Positions 52,930 to 64,000 of a DNA stretch of 64,000 bases are shown here, piece after piece. Made by a program: the position numbers and the translations under genes. Under the pieces are notes generated by a model. That model made no database searches, had not been told where the DNA came from, and saw nothing but the letters and a program-made list of their open reading frames with translations. The stretch is from Octopus vulgaris (Eukaryota), in NCBI GenBank assembly GCA_951406725.2, contig OX597818.1, positions 14,756,001 through 14,820,000 of the forward strand, given 5' to 3'. Numbering within the stretch: position 1 is the stretch's first letter; each line of letters begins with the position of its first letter.

Positions 52930-53649
52930 ATTTGTCCCTCACTACTGCTTGACAATCATTGTTGGTGTGTTTATATCCCTGTAACTTAGCAGTTCAGAAA
53001 TCTAGTAAGAAGAATTTTTAAAAATTGAATTTTCGAAAATTTTTCCCCCCGCTTGCCAGAATCATATTCCTCTTTTTTCTTACTACGTGAAGTACATGGA
53101 ACTCCAGAAAATAGTTTTCGTAAAAAGATGTAAAGATATAATCGATCTTCCTGGGCCCAGACAATAAGCTGGCACCCGATTGCACCTTCTACGCTTGATG
53201 CTGGCATTATTTTTTGCCATTATTTTGATTTTTGTAGTTATTTGTCTTGGCCTTGGTCCTGTGCATTTAAAATTAGATCATGTTTTCCTGCTCTTAATTT
53301 CAGAGTTTTTGAGGCATTGTTGGCTTTCACCATTAGCTTACTTCTTTGCTGTCCTGTTTTGCGAAATATCGGTCACAATGTCATTTTTCTCCCTATTTTT
53401 TGTTGAGTGCAGGTGTAAGTGTGTGCTTGTGTGTATGTGTGTGTGCGTGCGTATGTGCATATGTGTATGTATTACATTTTAGCTAAGAGGGAGAGCAGTG
53501 AACACGGCTATTCACAGGGCCTCTGTGGTTGACTGGACAAAAGAAAGAAGAAAGTATTCTCAAAAGAGAGACCTGGTACTAATGCTTGCAACAGAGTAGA
53601 CTCTGTTCAAGGCACCCAAAGAACCGAGTAGCGGTATTAAACCGAGTGA

Positions 53650-53870
53650 GGGCGCCGTGCTAACAGAATCATTAACACGCCAGACAAAATGCTTAGTGGC
53701 GTTTCGTCCGTCTTTACGTTCTGAGTTCAAATTCCGCTGAGGTCGACTTTGCCTTCCATTATTTCTGTATCGATAAAATAAGTACCAGTTGAGCACTGGG
53801 TTGATATAATCAATTTGTTCCCCTCCTCCACAAATTTCGGGATTTGTGCCAATAGAAGAAAGGATTATTA
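53650..53870 (+). mobile_element. Family B SINE
   Basis: Match to family B copies, ATT tail. Confidence 0.8.
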
Positions 53871-55744
53871 AACCAAGCGATGTATTACGTCCACCACCCA
53901 TGTAAACCCTAGTAAGATTTGAACTAAGAATGCATAGGTCCAAAATAAATACTGCTAAGCATTCAATCCACTATCTTGGACTGATACTCTTTCTTTTATC
54001 GACCTCAGAAAGGATAAAAGGCAAAGTTATCTCAAAGTGTACCTGACAACTTGCCTCCAGTTTTTAAATACTATTTTAATTTTGTCTTTTCTTTTTAAAC
54101 ATTTACTGCTCTTCTGTCCTTATCTAAATCCTTTTCTTCAGTCTCCTAAGTTTTAAATTTGTATTATACTGTTTTCTTATCTATTGAAAGAAGCTTTTAT
54201 CTTCCTTTTTTTATATTTATTTGATTTTAATTTTTTCTTCATATTTCACAATTTATCTAACTATTTTCCCTTTATTCGCTTCCAAATATTTTCCTATCGC
54301 ATTTCCTTAACTTGTGATTGTACAATTTTTAGCTGACAGTCTCTTTTTGCATACTTTCTACATTAGCTTGGTAGAGGTTTCAGAGCATTGTTTAGTAGTT
54401 CCTTAATTTTTCTAAGCTCTTTAATTCATTTAACTTGTAGTTTTATTATACTGAAGCTATAGTCTGTAGCTGAGATGGCTAGCATATTTATTCTAACATT
54501 GAGTTCATTTCTTAATATTAGTCTCACACTTCTGAAATAGTCTTTCTAATTTTCTCCGTTTTGTTCTTTTCTTAGATACTTTTGTATATTTCATCTCACA
54601 TTTTACGAAAACAATACTATTCTTTCACTTTCATTTCTATTGCTACTTTCATTTGATAAAGCTTATAATGGAATTGAAGGTTTAGATACCTGTAGAGTAT
54701 CTCCTTCTCCCATTATAATTGTTTTGTAGTTTCAAGGAGCTGGAACAGGTCGCCTATTTGTGACGTCCGTGCGAAGCGAGGTGATGAGAATGGAATGGCT
54801 CCTTAGTACATCACACGGTCGATACAATGAATATAAATAGAATAATGTATATCCGTGCCAGAGGAAAATAAGAGACTCAACCGGGTAGAATGTTTAAGAG
54901 AAGATTTATTGATATGTTAACACGTGTGATTGTGTGTGCGACATATATACAGAATAATAGACAAGCCGTCATAAGAGTAATATGTATGCGTGTTGATGTA
55001 GGCATGGATGTATGCGTGTTAAGAACATATAAGGATAGCGATGAAGAAGAGACAGTGAAAGAGTCTGTAGCCATCGAAGTGAGGAGTAAGTTCATAGACA
55101 CAAGGATGATAAATACCAGTTCGTAGTCAATTGTACACGATAGTTGAAATACTGTATCAAGAAGTTGCGGCGATGATGCAGAGCCGGTTGCGGTACATGT
55201 CGTACGTGAAGTTGTGGCTGTGATGCTGCTGCCTGGGTCACTTGGTACAGGAGTTCTTGCAGGTTGTATATTCGCTGTTGATCCATGGTGAAGTAATTCG
55301 CGAACAGTGCAGTGTTTTAACCATGGCGAGTTGCTTGTTGTGATATGTACGTAGAGAGATGTTGATGTTAGGACGAATGGTGGCGACGGAGATGGAGTTT
55401 ACCAAATGCTGTTGGACGAAGTTGGTGAGTCCCATGTGGCTGCTGCTGTGTTGTCACTGGAACTGGCATCGAGACGAGGAAAAGTTAGGCTTTTTATAAG
55501 GAGTTGTAGGGTCAGCTGAGGTAGAAAACAGACTGTCACAGTGACCTTAATTGAAGGCTGCGATTGGTTGGGTTGCATATAGGCGCGCGATAGAGCAAGA
55601 GACAAATTGCGCCAATACCAACCAATCAGAGTAGTGGACACAACAGGGTCCAAAATGCGGCCAAAGGCTAGCTGTTATCTACTAAGTTCGTATGTATGTA
55701 TATATAATAGAGAGGAGAGGAATTTCACTCAAGTGTCCGCTACA

Positions 55745-57453
55745 TCTCGCTCACATTCTTACGTGATAATTTGCTTGTGTTAACCGTGAAGGTTAGTTGT
55801 TAAATTGTTGCATGCTTATTGTTACATTGTGCTTGTTGGTTTCCCGTAAGGGAAACGTTGTTAAAATTATTGCCTGCATTTATATTATGAGCTGTTATCC
55901 TTCCCCAAAGGGGAAGGATATATAAATTGTGCTACTGCTTGCGGTTTGAACCGCATCCCCTTTTGAAACAAAAATTTTTGTATTTTTGAATATTTAAAAA
56001 ATATATATATAAATGTGTTCTTTTGAAGAACAAAATAGAAAAAGAATGAATTTTGCTGCCGCTGTTGGTGGACGTAAAACTATCACATTAAAAATGGAAG
56101 ACATACAGGCCTATTATCGAATGATTGCTGAAGAAAACGGTGATAGCAAGATAACACCACCAAGCAAAATACGGAACAAAAAAAAAGAAAAGACAATCAT
56201 ATACAAAACTTATGACGCAGAAAAGAAAAGTGAGAAACCGTCGTGCTTTGCCCCGGTTTGTGACTGACCAAGTTGGAACGGATCCATTTTCGCTTTTTGT
56301 GGAAAGGGAAAATGCCACTTGTGAGGCGCTCCATCTACTGTCAAAAATCGTTAAAAGGTGGATTGGAGATGCCTTGGTCGATGATGCGCAAGTACGCGCT
56401 GAGGCTGAGACATCTCTGGCGCTACCTGGATGGTGAGCAGGTGTGACCACCGCATGCCAAGCGACTTTTTCCACAACTGAAGTCCCTCGGGGACTTAGGT
56501 ACATGGATCAAGCGGAGACCTAGGATGGGAGAATGGTAGAGGGAGTGCAGACAAGCACTCACTCTGTTCTCTCGGGCGAGCAATAACGACAGCGGGGCTA
56601 CCACTGCGAATTTTTATAGAGTGTTGGTAGAGCATAAGTCTGACGATGTCCTGGGGGAGACTCTGGGCTTCGATGAGGAGCAAATGACCAACCTGTTCAG
56701 AGGTACATTCGAGCCGAGGTAACTGGATAACTTCCAGAAATCCGTGTGCTACCGATCGGCCTTACCGGTTCGAGACAGGTTGTCTAGACACGGTATTGAC
56801 ACTCCCCCTCACATGTCTGAGGTGCGGCAGCGCCAATGAAATTGTCGCGCACGCCTTCGTACACTGTGAGGAGTTGAGGGAGTTGATAACCTATGTCGAA
56901 CAACTGATGTCGGATGCGGAAAGAGTACGGCTCTCGACTGAGTCCATGATTAAGATCGTACCGCCTTCTTCCTTCAACAAGGAAAAGAAGGCATCGTTTT
57001 TCTACGTAGTAGACACACTGAAAGAAACGGTATGGACGACACGTGCGAAAGGTATTGTGACAGGTCACTTTATCTTCGAACGCGGATTGGTAAGCAATTT
57101 CAACTTCCACCTGTCGAGAAAGATCCGTCTGGAGAAAAAGTGTCTGTCGCAAAGTACGTTCGAGAAAAGATGGATGTCTGTAGTAAGGAAGTTGAGAATG
57201 AATGGGGCCATGCTAGCATAGCTGGTCAGGACGAAAAAAAAAACGGGTGGGTTAGATAAGGAAAACACCCGTAACATTATTTCATTAATTCTTAATTTTT
57301 ATTTGTATATATTTTTATATTCATCATTTCATTCGATATTTTTGAATATTTTGATTTTTCATGTCATCTCAACCCAAACGTTTTTGTAAAAATCTAAGTG
57401 TTCGTCCTTTGTAATGTCCCTCTATGTACACCTTTTATAGGTAAATAAAGAAA
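55745..57453 (+). mobile_element. Internally deleted Tx1/L1-clade LINE with both termini and a 14-bp TSD
   Basis: TSD AAGTGTCCGCTACA (55731-55744) / AAGTGTACGCTACA (57454-57467); ORF1 start ...NFAAAVGG; ORF2 RFLWKGKMPLVRRS...KGGLEMP, LPVRDRL, CLRC-x8-H-x4-C; AATAAA plus A tail. Confidence 0.9.
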
Positions 57454-58540
57454 AAGTGTACGCTACAAGCTTGTGTGTACCAGTAATATATTAGCATTTG
57501 ATGTTTTTCAAAACCTATATCTAGAACCACTCTAGACAATATTATTGTAGAAGGAAATGTTAATACTTTGCCAGTGCAGTGGGTGTGTATTTTGTTGCAA
57601 AATGTTTTTGTTAGTATTCCCTTTTGCGTGAATATTGAAACTCCGTGGAAATGCGTCCACCCTCAGGATAATTAAAAAAAATTTATGAGCATTACTCCTT
57701 CATATTATACATATATATGAACAACATCAGAAAAAGAAATATATATTTGACTAACAGCAAATTTTTCACCTGAGGACCAAGCATGGGCGGATTTCCAGTT
57801 CCCTGATAGTAATAAAATTTTAAAAAATATATACATTCTTTCAAGCAGTTTAAACTTAAAACCTAGGACATCAAAGAGAGGTTTGAAAACACGTCTGAAC
57901 AAGTCAGCAGTGAGTAGTAATAGTAAATGTGGATGAAAATTTTGATCGATACCTTCGACTCCAGTACTTGACTGGTATGCTATTTTATCGACCTTGAAAG
58001 GGTTTGAACTTTATTACAAGGCATTTTCGCCGATGCTCTATCGACTGTACCAGTTCACTGCCTCTAATTATTTCTATCATACACTCGACCTAAAATTTTT
58101 GGGGAAGGAATTGCTGATTAAATTGACCTCATTACTTGATTAGTATTTTACTTTATCGACCTCTGGGTGAAAGGCAATGTTGTCCTCAGCATGATTTGAA
58201 CACAGTATGTAAATAACTGATATATATGTACCACAAGGTACTTTGTTTCGCGCACTAATGATTTTGCCCTGTTACTTTTGTCAAATATAAGGTCTTTCGA
58301 TTTGCTTCAGCTACAGTTTTAATTATGTCTGATAATTCGCCTTCTGATCTCAGTTACACTACAGTTAAGGTCTATTACAGTAGAAAGGATTTCATTTTCA
58401 CTGCTGTAATATGATAACAGTGCAAAGAAAAAGTGTCAGCTGAATGTCAGGCAACAGTTACTTTCATTTTTTTTATCACTTTAATCTTTGAAGGGATCAT
58501 TTTATTTAATTCTGTTGTACAGAAAGAAAATGCATTAATT

Positions 58541-58628
58541 GCACGTCATGTGTAGTTTCTATGGTTACTGTGTAAAGAAGACGATATCATGTGATCACTG
58601 TTCTATAGATAACTATCGCCATAGCAAC
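58541..58628. promoter_or_regulatory. Cluster of RFX X-box-like motifs with a CRE-like site; candidate promoter
   Basis: GTTTCTATGGTTAC (58555), GTTCTATAGATAAC (58600), ATCGCCATAGCAAC (58615), ACGTCA (58543). Confidence 0.45.
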
Positions 58629-58869
58629 GTGTATTTCTTGACCTGGTGGAGTGATCAGTCAATTTAACTGCTTCAAATTGAGTGACTACAAAAAAAAACC
58701 CAACTTATTTAGGTGTAAAATATGAGGATACATAATTTTGTCTCTAGACCAGCAAATGAATCTAAGGGTCGCAGTGTCATTCTGGAAAATTACCGACACA
58801 ATATTTGTGTGGTGTCTTTTCAAATATTTGTTAGCACGTAAAATGTTTATTAATATATTATGCAATGTT

Positions 58870-59078
58870 TAAAGGCAGTGAGCTGACAATCGTTTTCGCG
58901 GCAGGCAAATTGCTTAGTGATATTTCGTCTGTCTTTACGTTCTGAAATTCCGCCTAGATCGACTATGCCTTTCACCTTTTCGGAGTCGATAAAATAAGTT
59001 GATCACTGGGGTCGGTCTAATCGACTTATACGTTCCTCAAAAATATTAGCCTTGGGCCAAAATTTAAAACCATCATCG

Positions 59079-59118
<40 letters not shown>

Positions 59119-59131
59119 CATCATCATAATT

Positions 59132-59226
<95 letters not shown>

Positions 59227-59432
59227 TGAAGGCGGTGAGAAGGCAGAATCGTTGGCACGCCGGGCGATATGCTTAGGGACATGTCATCCGTCTTTACGTT
59301 CTGAGTTTATATTCCGCCGAGGTTGACTTTGCCTTTCATCCCTTCAAAGTCGATTAATTAAGTACAGTGAAACATTGGAATCTATGTAATCTACTAGTCC
59401 CATCCCCCAAAAAAATTTCAGGCCTTGTACCA
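58870..59432 (+). mobile_element. Two family B SINEs separated by an (ATT)/(ATC) microsatellite
   Basis: Match to family B copies. Confidence 0.8.
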
Positions 59433-59435
59433 ATT

Positions 59436-60165
59436 TTTTGCTCTGTCAAGTCCATACTTGTTGCAAAGTGTCCAATGGACATAGTGCTTGCTCTTAGGCA
59501 GCACAGATTAGAGCCTCCGTTTCCGGTTTCAAATCACTTATAGTCATCCACAGCCATCTTTTTTCTCTGTGTCTTATCTTCAACATCCCTATGAAATTGT
59601 TTTCTTTACCCACCTATTTTCAGTTTCATTCGTTTTCAATTTCTTGTATGGTGTTTTATCTTTGCAATCTTTCATCCTTCATAAGCCTGACCTTCTTACT
59701 TCTAATAATAGCGGTTATGTGGCATTTTTTACATAACATGCTATGTAGTTTTCTTCTGCTCTAATGCTGTGTTCGCAGCCAATAAGTCCTCTTCCTCCTC
59801 TTTTTCTTGGTACATACAGTTGCTTAGTTCGTCTGCTGTCCATACGATTACCTCTGCTCCATATCTAAGGAGAGAAGCCGCCCAGGTGTTGATAACTTCG
59901 AGCCTATTCCGTCCCTTTAATTTCGATTTAAGGATCAGTCTCAGTCTGCGCAAGTACTCCACCTTAAAGTTTTCTGTCATTTCTTTCTCCATCAATTTAT
60001 CCATTTCCAAAATCCCGAAGTACTTATAGCCCATCACCTCTATCTGTTTCATAACCTCCCTTGACGGTATCATTAGCCCGTCCTTACATTTGATTTTGCC
60101 TCTCTTCAAGACTAATACACCACACTTTCTCAGTCCGAACTCCATTCTGATATCAGCACTTTCCA
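59436..60165 (-). pseudogene. R4/Dong reverse transcriptase C-terminal fragment
   Basis: SADIRMEFGLRKCGVLVLKRGK...GYKYFGILE...EYLRRLRLILKSKL...INTWAASLLRYGA; downstream DLKPETEAL and HWTLCNKYGL. Confidence 0.9.
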
Positions 60166-60795
60166 CTATAGGCACAAAACCTGGAATTTTGGTGGGAGGG
60201 GTCTAGTCAATTACATCGGCCCCATTGCTTGCCCAGCACTTATTTCATTTGCCTCAAAAGATTGAAGGGCAAAATCGACCTAGGCAATATTTGAGCTCAG
60301 AGTGTGAGAGAGATGGAAGAATTTCCATTAAGCATTTCTGCCAGCTTGCTACAATAACAATAAAAATAATGGTTTTAAATTATGGTACAAGGCCAGTAAT
60401 TCAAAAGCAGGGTATGTCAATTACACTGACCCTAGTGTTCAACTGGTACTTATATAATTGATCCCAAAAGGATGAAAGGCAAAGTCAGCCTTGGCAGAAT
60501 TCAAACTCAGAATGTAAAGACAGGTGAAATGCCTGTAAACATTTTGTCCAATGTGCTAATAATTCTGCTTGCTTGCTAACTCGATAATAATGGCAATAAT
60601 ATTATTCCAACAATTCCAAAGGAGAGGGTAAGTTGATTACACTGACCCCAGGGCTCAACTGGTACTTATTTTATCGATGCTGAAAGGACACAAGACAAAG
60701 TTGATCTCAACAATTTGAACTCACAATGTAAAGATGGATAAAATGCCACTAAGCATCTATCCCAATGTGCTAAGAATTCTGCCAGCTCACCACCC

Positions 60796-60837
<42 letters not shown>

Positions 60838-61055
60838 TAATAATAATTCTTTCTACTAAAGGCACAAGGCCTGAAATTTTGTGGGAGGGGACTAGTTAAT
60901 TACATCAACCCTAGTATTTCACTGGTACTTAATTTACTGACCCCAAAAGGTTAAAAAGTAAAGTTGACTACAGTGGAATTTGAACTCAAAACAAAGATGG
61001 AGGAAATGCTGCTAAGCACTTTACCTGGTGTGCTAACCATTCTCCCTACTCATTG
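60160..61055 (-). mobile_element. Array of about four CpG-decayed family B SINEs
   Basis: Repeated family B units separated by AAT tracts. Confidence 0.8.
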
Positions 61056-61057
61056 CT

Positions 61058-61540
61058 GGTGTAAAAGATGGGCAACAGCAAATATTCTGCTCAATACCAC
61101 AGATTTGCTTGTCAGTTGCTTGACCTTAATCAGTTGAGCAAATCTCTTTAGTGGCTGACAATATGTGCATCTCTGATCACAAGTAGATGTAGTGGAGGAA
61201 TATCATAGCCATGTGTTGAGAGGAATTCTTTGGGGTTTAAATAATTCACCTCTGGAAACATGTGAGTTTCTTTCAACATCCTTAAACAACCCTTATTTAG
61301 GGACCTTTTGAGTAGGAAGGGGCCACTCAATGCTATTCAACTTGAGGAAAATTCTAACTGGGCCCCACCTGCATGGTCATGTGCTGTTTATCTTGATATA
61401 AGACTACCATGTCACACACATATGATTATGATGCATGTGCCTAGTGTACCCTTATCAGACAGGTAGTCGTGATGGGTATATTAGGCTTCATATATTTGTA
61501 CTCCAATGTCACTTTGATGGCATGCAATGCTCTCTCACTC

Positions 61541-61545
<5 letters not shown>
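61058..61545 (+). mobile_element. 550-bp (AAT)n-associated element, copy 4 (5'-truncated, CpG-decayed)
   Basis: Matches 11970-12430. Confidence 0.85.
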
Positions 61546-61574
<29 letters not shown>

Positions 61575-61885
61575 TCATCTCAAAATACAAAGATCTGGAA
61601 ATAGAGTAACCCAAATGTGGAACCAAAAAACAGAAACAATCCCTATAATAATGGAAGCATTAAGTATAATTAAAAAACATTCAGACAAATACATAACCAA
61701 AACACTAAGACTTACGGATGTATATAACATACAGCAAATAGCACTACTAGGCACCATGCACATTCTACGTCAAGTACTTTCAATACAGTGAAAATAAGAG
61801 CACCACAACAAACCACAGCACATACCGAAGGTACAGAGAGCTGCACTCAGTAGTGCAGTGAAAGCACATGATAAAATCAAAACTA

Positions 61886-61952
<67 letters not shown>
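61575..61952 (+). mobile_element. R4/Dong 3' end within (AAT)n
   Basis: SKYKDLEIE / TQMWNQKTETIPIIMEALSIIKK...IQQIALLGTMHILRQVLSIQ*; short UTR then (AAT)n. Confidence 0.85.
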
Positions 61953-61955
<3 letters not shown>

Positions 61956-63023
61956 TCCACTAGTCATAATTTATGTTCCAGTTTATGACCATGCTGGGAA
62001 CAATTAATATTTAAGGGAATGTGCTAAAGAAGATTAACAGGAGTTAAAAATATCACCTGCACCTATCAACAACAAAACAAAGGATACTGGTCAGTTGGTC
62101 CGTAAACATGCTGAATTAATGTTTGTGTATGTGTATGTGTGTGTGTGTGTATTAAAGAGCAGCTGGTATTAAGGAATCAAGATGAGCTGCACAGTTTAAA
62201 ATTCCTTAGGGAATAAAATTCTCACAACAGAATTGTAAAATAATGTAATCTTATTTTAATCACTACACCAAATAAAAATCCACTCTATGTCTTGTCCCTT
62301 TACAGACATTGTATTCAATGTGTACTTAAATTATCCTAACAAATAGTTTGTCTTGACTGGGTCTATTAAAAATAGTTATCTCAGCTTTATCCATGTTTCA
62401 TACAACAGATTAAAAGATTAACAAAATGTTTGGTAATCTTTTAAACTGATTATATACATCTGATTCACATATTAATAATTAGAAGTACTCCATTGGGACG
62501 CTAGATAAATAAACCTCAGCTGAAAGGGCTTGTGAGATTTAAATAATGTTTAAAAAGATTATTTTGAAAATTATTGTTTGTAAGTAGCATTGCAAGAAAT
62601 ATGGTGCTTTTCTAATTGATGAAAATGTAAGATTGAGTAACTATTTCTTAGTAAAATCAATAATAACATTAACTGAAAAGGTCTGGCCTTGTAGGTAGGT
62701 TGCTTGATTCATGATCAATAGGTCATGCTTTTAATTCCTGAAATGGGTGGCACATCCTGTCTTTGAGCAAGGAATTTCATTTCACTTTGCTCCATTCTAC
62801 TTAGTTGTAATGTGTGCCAAATAGCAGATGGAGCAGCCCTTTCTCCCTTTAGGTATCATCTCATGGATATTCCACTGGATTAAATTGTGAGAGCTGAAAA
62901 GATGTCCATGTCTATGCTCATGACTATATAGGCATCTAAAACAATTAGCAAAAGAACGGTACATATCATCAAACTATACTTGCACCTGAGTGATGGCCAG
63001 CAGCACTTTAAATTATTTATTAA

Positions 63024-63626
63024 CCCTTTTGTGACTATATTGCTAATCTGTCTTTAATCTTTCACTTGTTTCAGTTATTAGACAGTAACCATGCTGGAGC
63101 ACAACTAATAACTGCATTTCTTATGTGTTTCGATTAATCTTCAGTATGACCAGGATTTAAAATTGGTAATCAAATTCATATCTCACAAAAATATACTTAT
63201 TTTATATTATTAGTCTATAATGGCATACTGCTTCCACATCTGCAATGGTACTTGTGTTACATTCATACACTCCTAACTCACTTGTCTTTCCTCCTTCCAT
63301 TACATATTCTGTGTCTTCTCCCAGTAACCAAAATGTCTTTGAGTGAGCTTGATCCATCAAGTATTCTCTTTAAAGTCTTTTATTTCATATGTATGAGTTC
63401 TTGCTTTAAATTACATGAATTTAGAATTCTAGCAATATTCATTCAAAATATTCTACACATTTTATGTTCAAACTGGCCATATGCAGCCTCTCACACCTAC
63501 CCTACTATATCATTCTAAAACTAAACAATCACCTCATTGAAATCTCAAAGCTACAAGATAATGATTAACTAAAAAACAATGTGAATAAATAAGCATAACA
63601 TTTGACAAAGTAATCTGAATAAAGGG
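63024..63626. mobile_element. piggyBac-like MITE
   Basis: TTAA|CCCTTT ... AAAGGG|ATAA termini. Confidence 0.5.
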
Positions 63627-64000
63627 ATAAAGAGATATGTGAGGAGCAGTTACCAGAGACTTTGCAGTACTTTCCAAAGTGGTGAGATTGTTATTATTAT
63701 TATTGTTGCTGTTATGAGGTCAGCCATGATTGAGCAGGTCTAGGATGGATGATATTTCAGATGTGATTGTCATTTTTTTTTGTATATCCATGACTACAAA
63801 GTCCCCCACTATTCCCAACAGACTATTGTTACATCCTATTCCTCACAGGAAGAGGTCATACTGACACCCTGCCCCCTACTAACTTTTGATTGGAATTTAG
63901 TATAAACTTGAAATTTCACATGATGGTAAGCCAATGCAAGTGCTTTTAATTTTTTGTATTGAATTGGCTACTGTCATCATCATCATCATTTAACATCCAT

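Noticed and set aside
54030-54720. T-rich stretch possibly from a minus-strand L1 ORF2
   Set aside because: Too decayed to read a motif; compositional resemblance only.
63125-63150. Minus-strand CTGAAGA TTAATC GAAA
   Set aside because: No stem I, II or III pairing; lies inside a MITE; probably chance.

Overview
AT-rich eukaryotic DNA with no intact protein-coding gene that I can support; the SINE families and microsatellite load look like octopus (recognised from memory, not searched). Most of the window is nested transposon debris: three tRNA-derived SINE families, R4/Dong, RTE, Tx1/L1 and Hero/NeSL-like non-LTR fragments, Helitrons, mariner, Merlin, hAT and piggyBac-type DNA elements, and Penelope-like fragments inserted into (TA)n tracts. 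The most striking signal is RNA structure. At least ten hammerhead-ribozyme-like motifs are present. Two are canonical type I (25953-26017 and 35933-36001). Five, from three retroelement families with unrelated sequences, have their three core strands in a non-circularly permuted, pseudoknotted order with shared linker lengths and compensatory stem changes (3012-3087, 3731-3793, 36259-36325, 37369-37441, 44365-44431). Other points: several long fold-back palindromes at (TA)n tracts, an internally deleted Tx1/L1 element with a 14-bp TSD, RFX X-box clusters and a CpG-decay boundary near 60.2 kb that hints at a host gene. All pairings and translations were done by eye, and element boundaries are approximate unless a TSD or terminus is cited.
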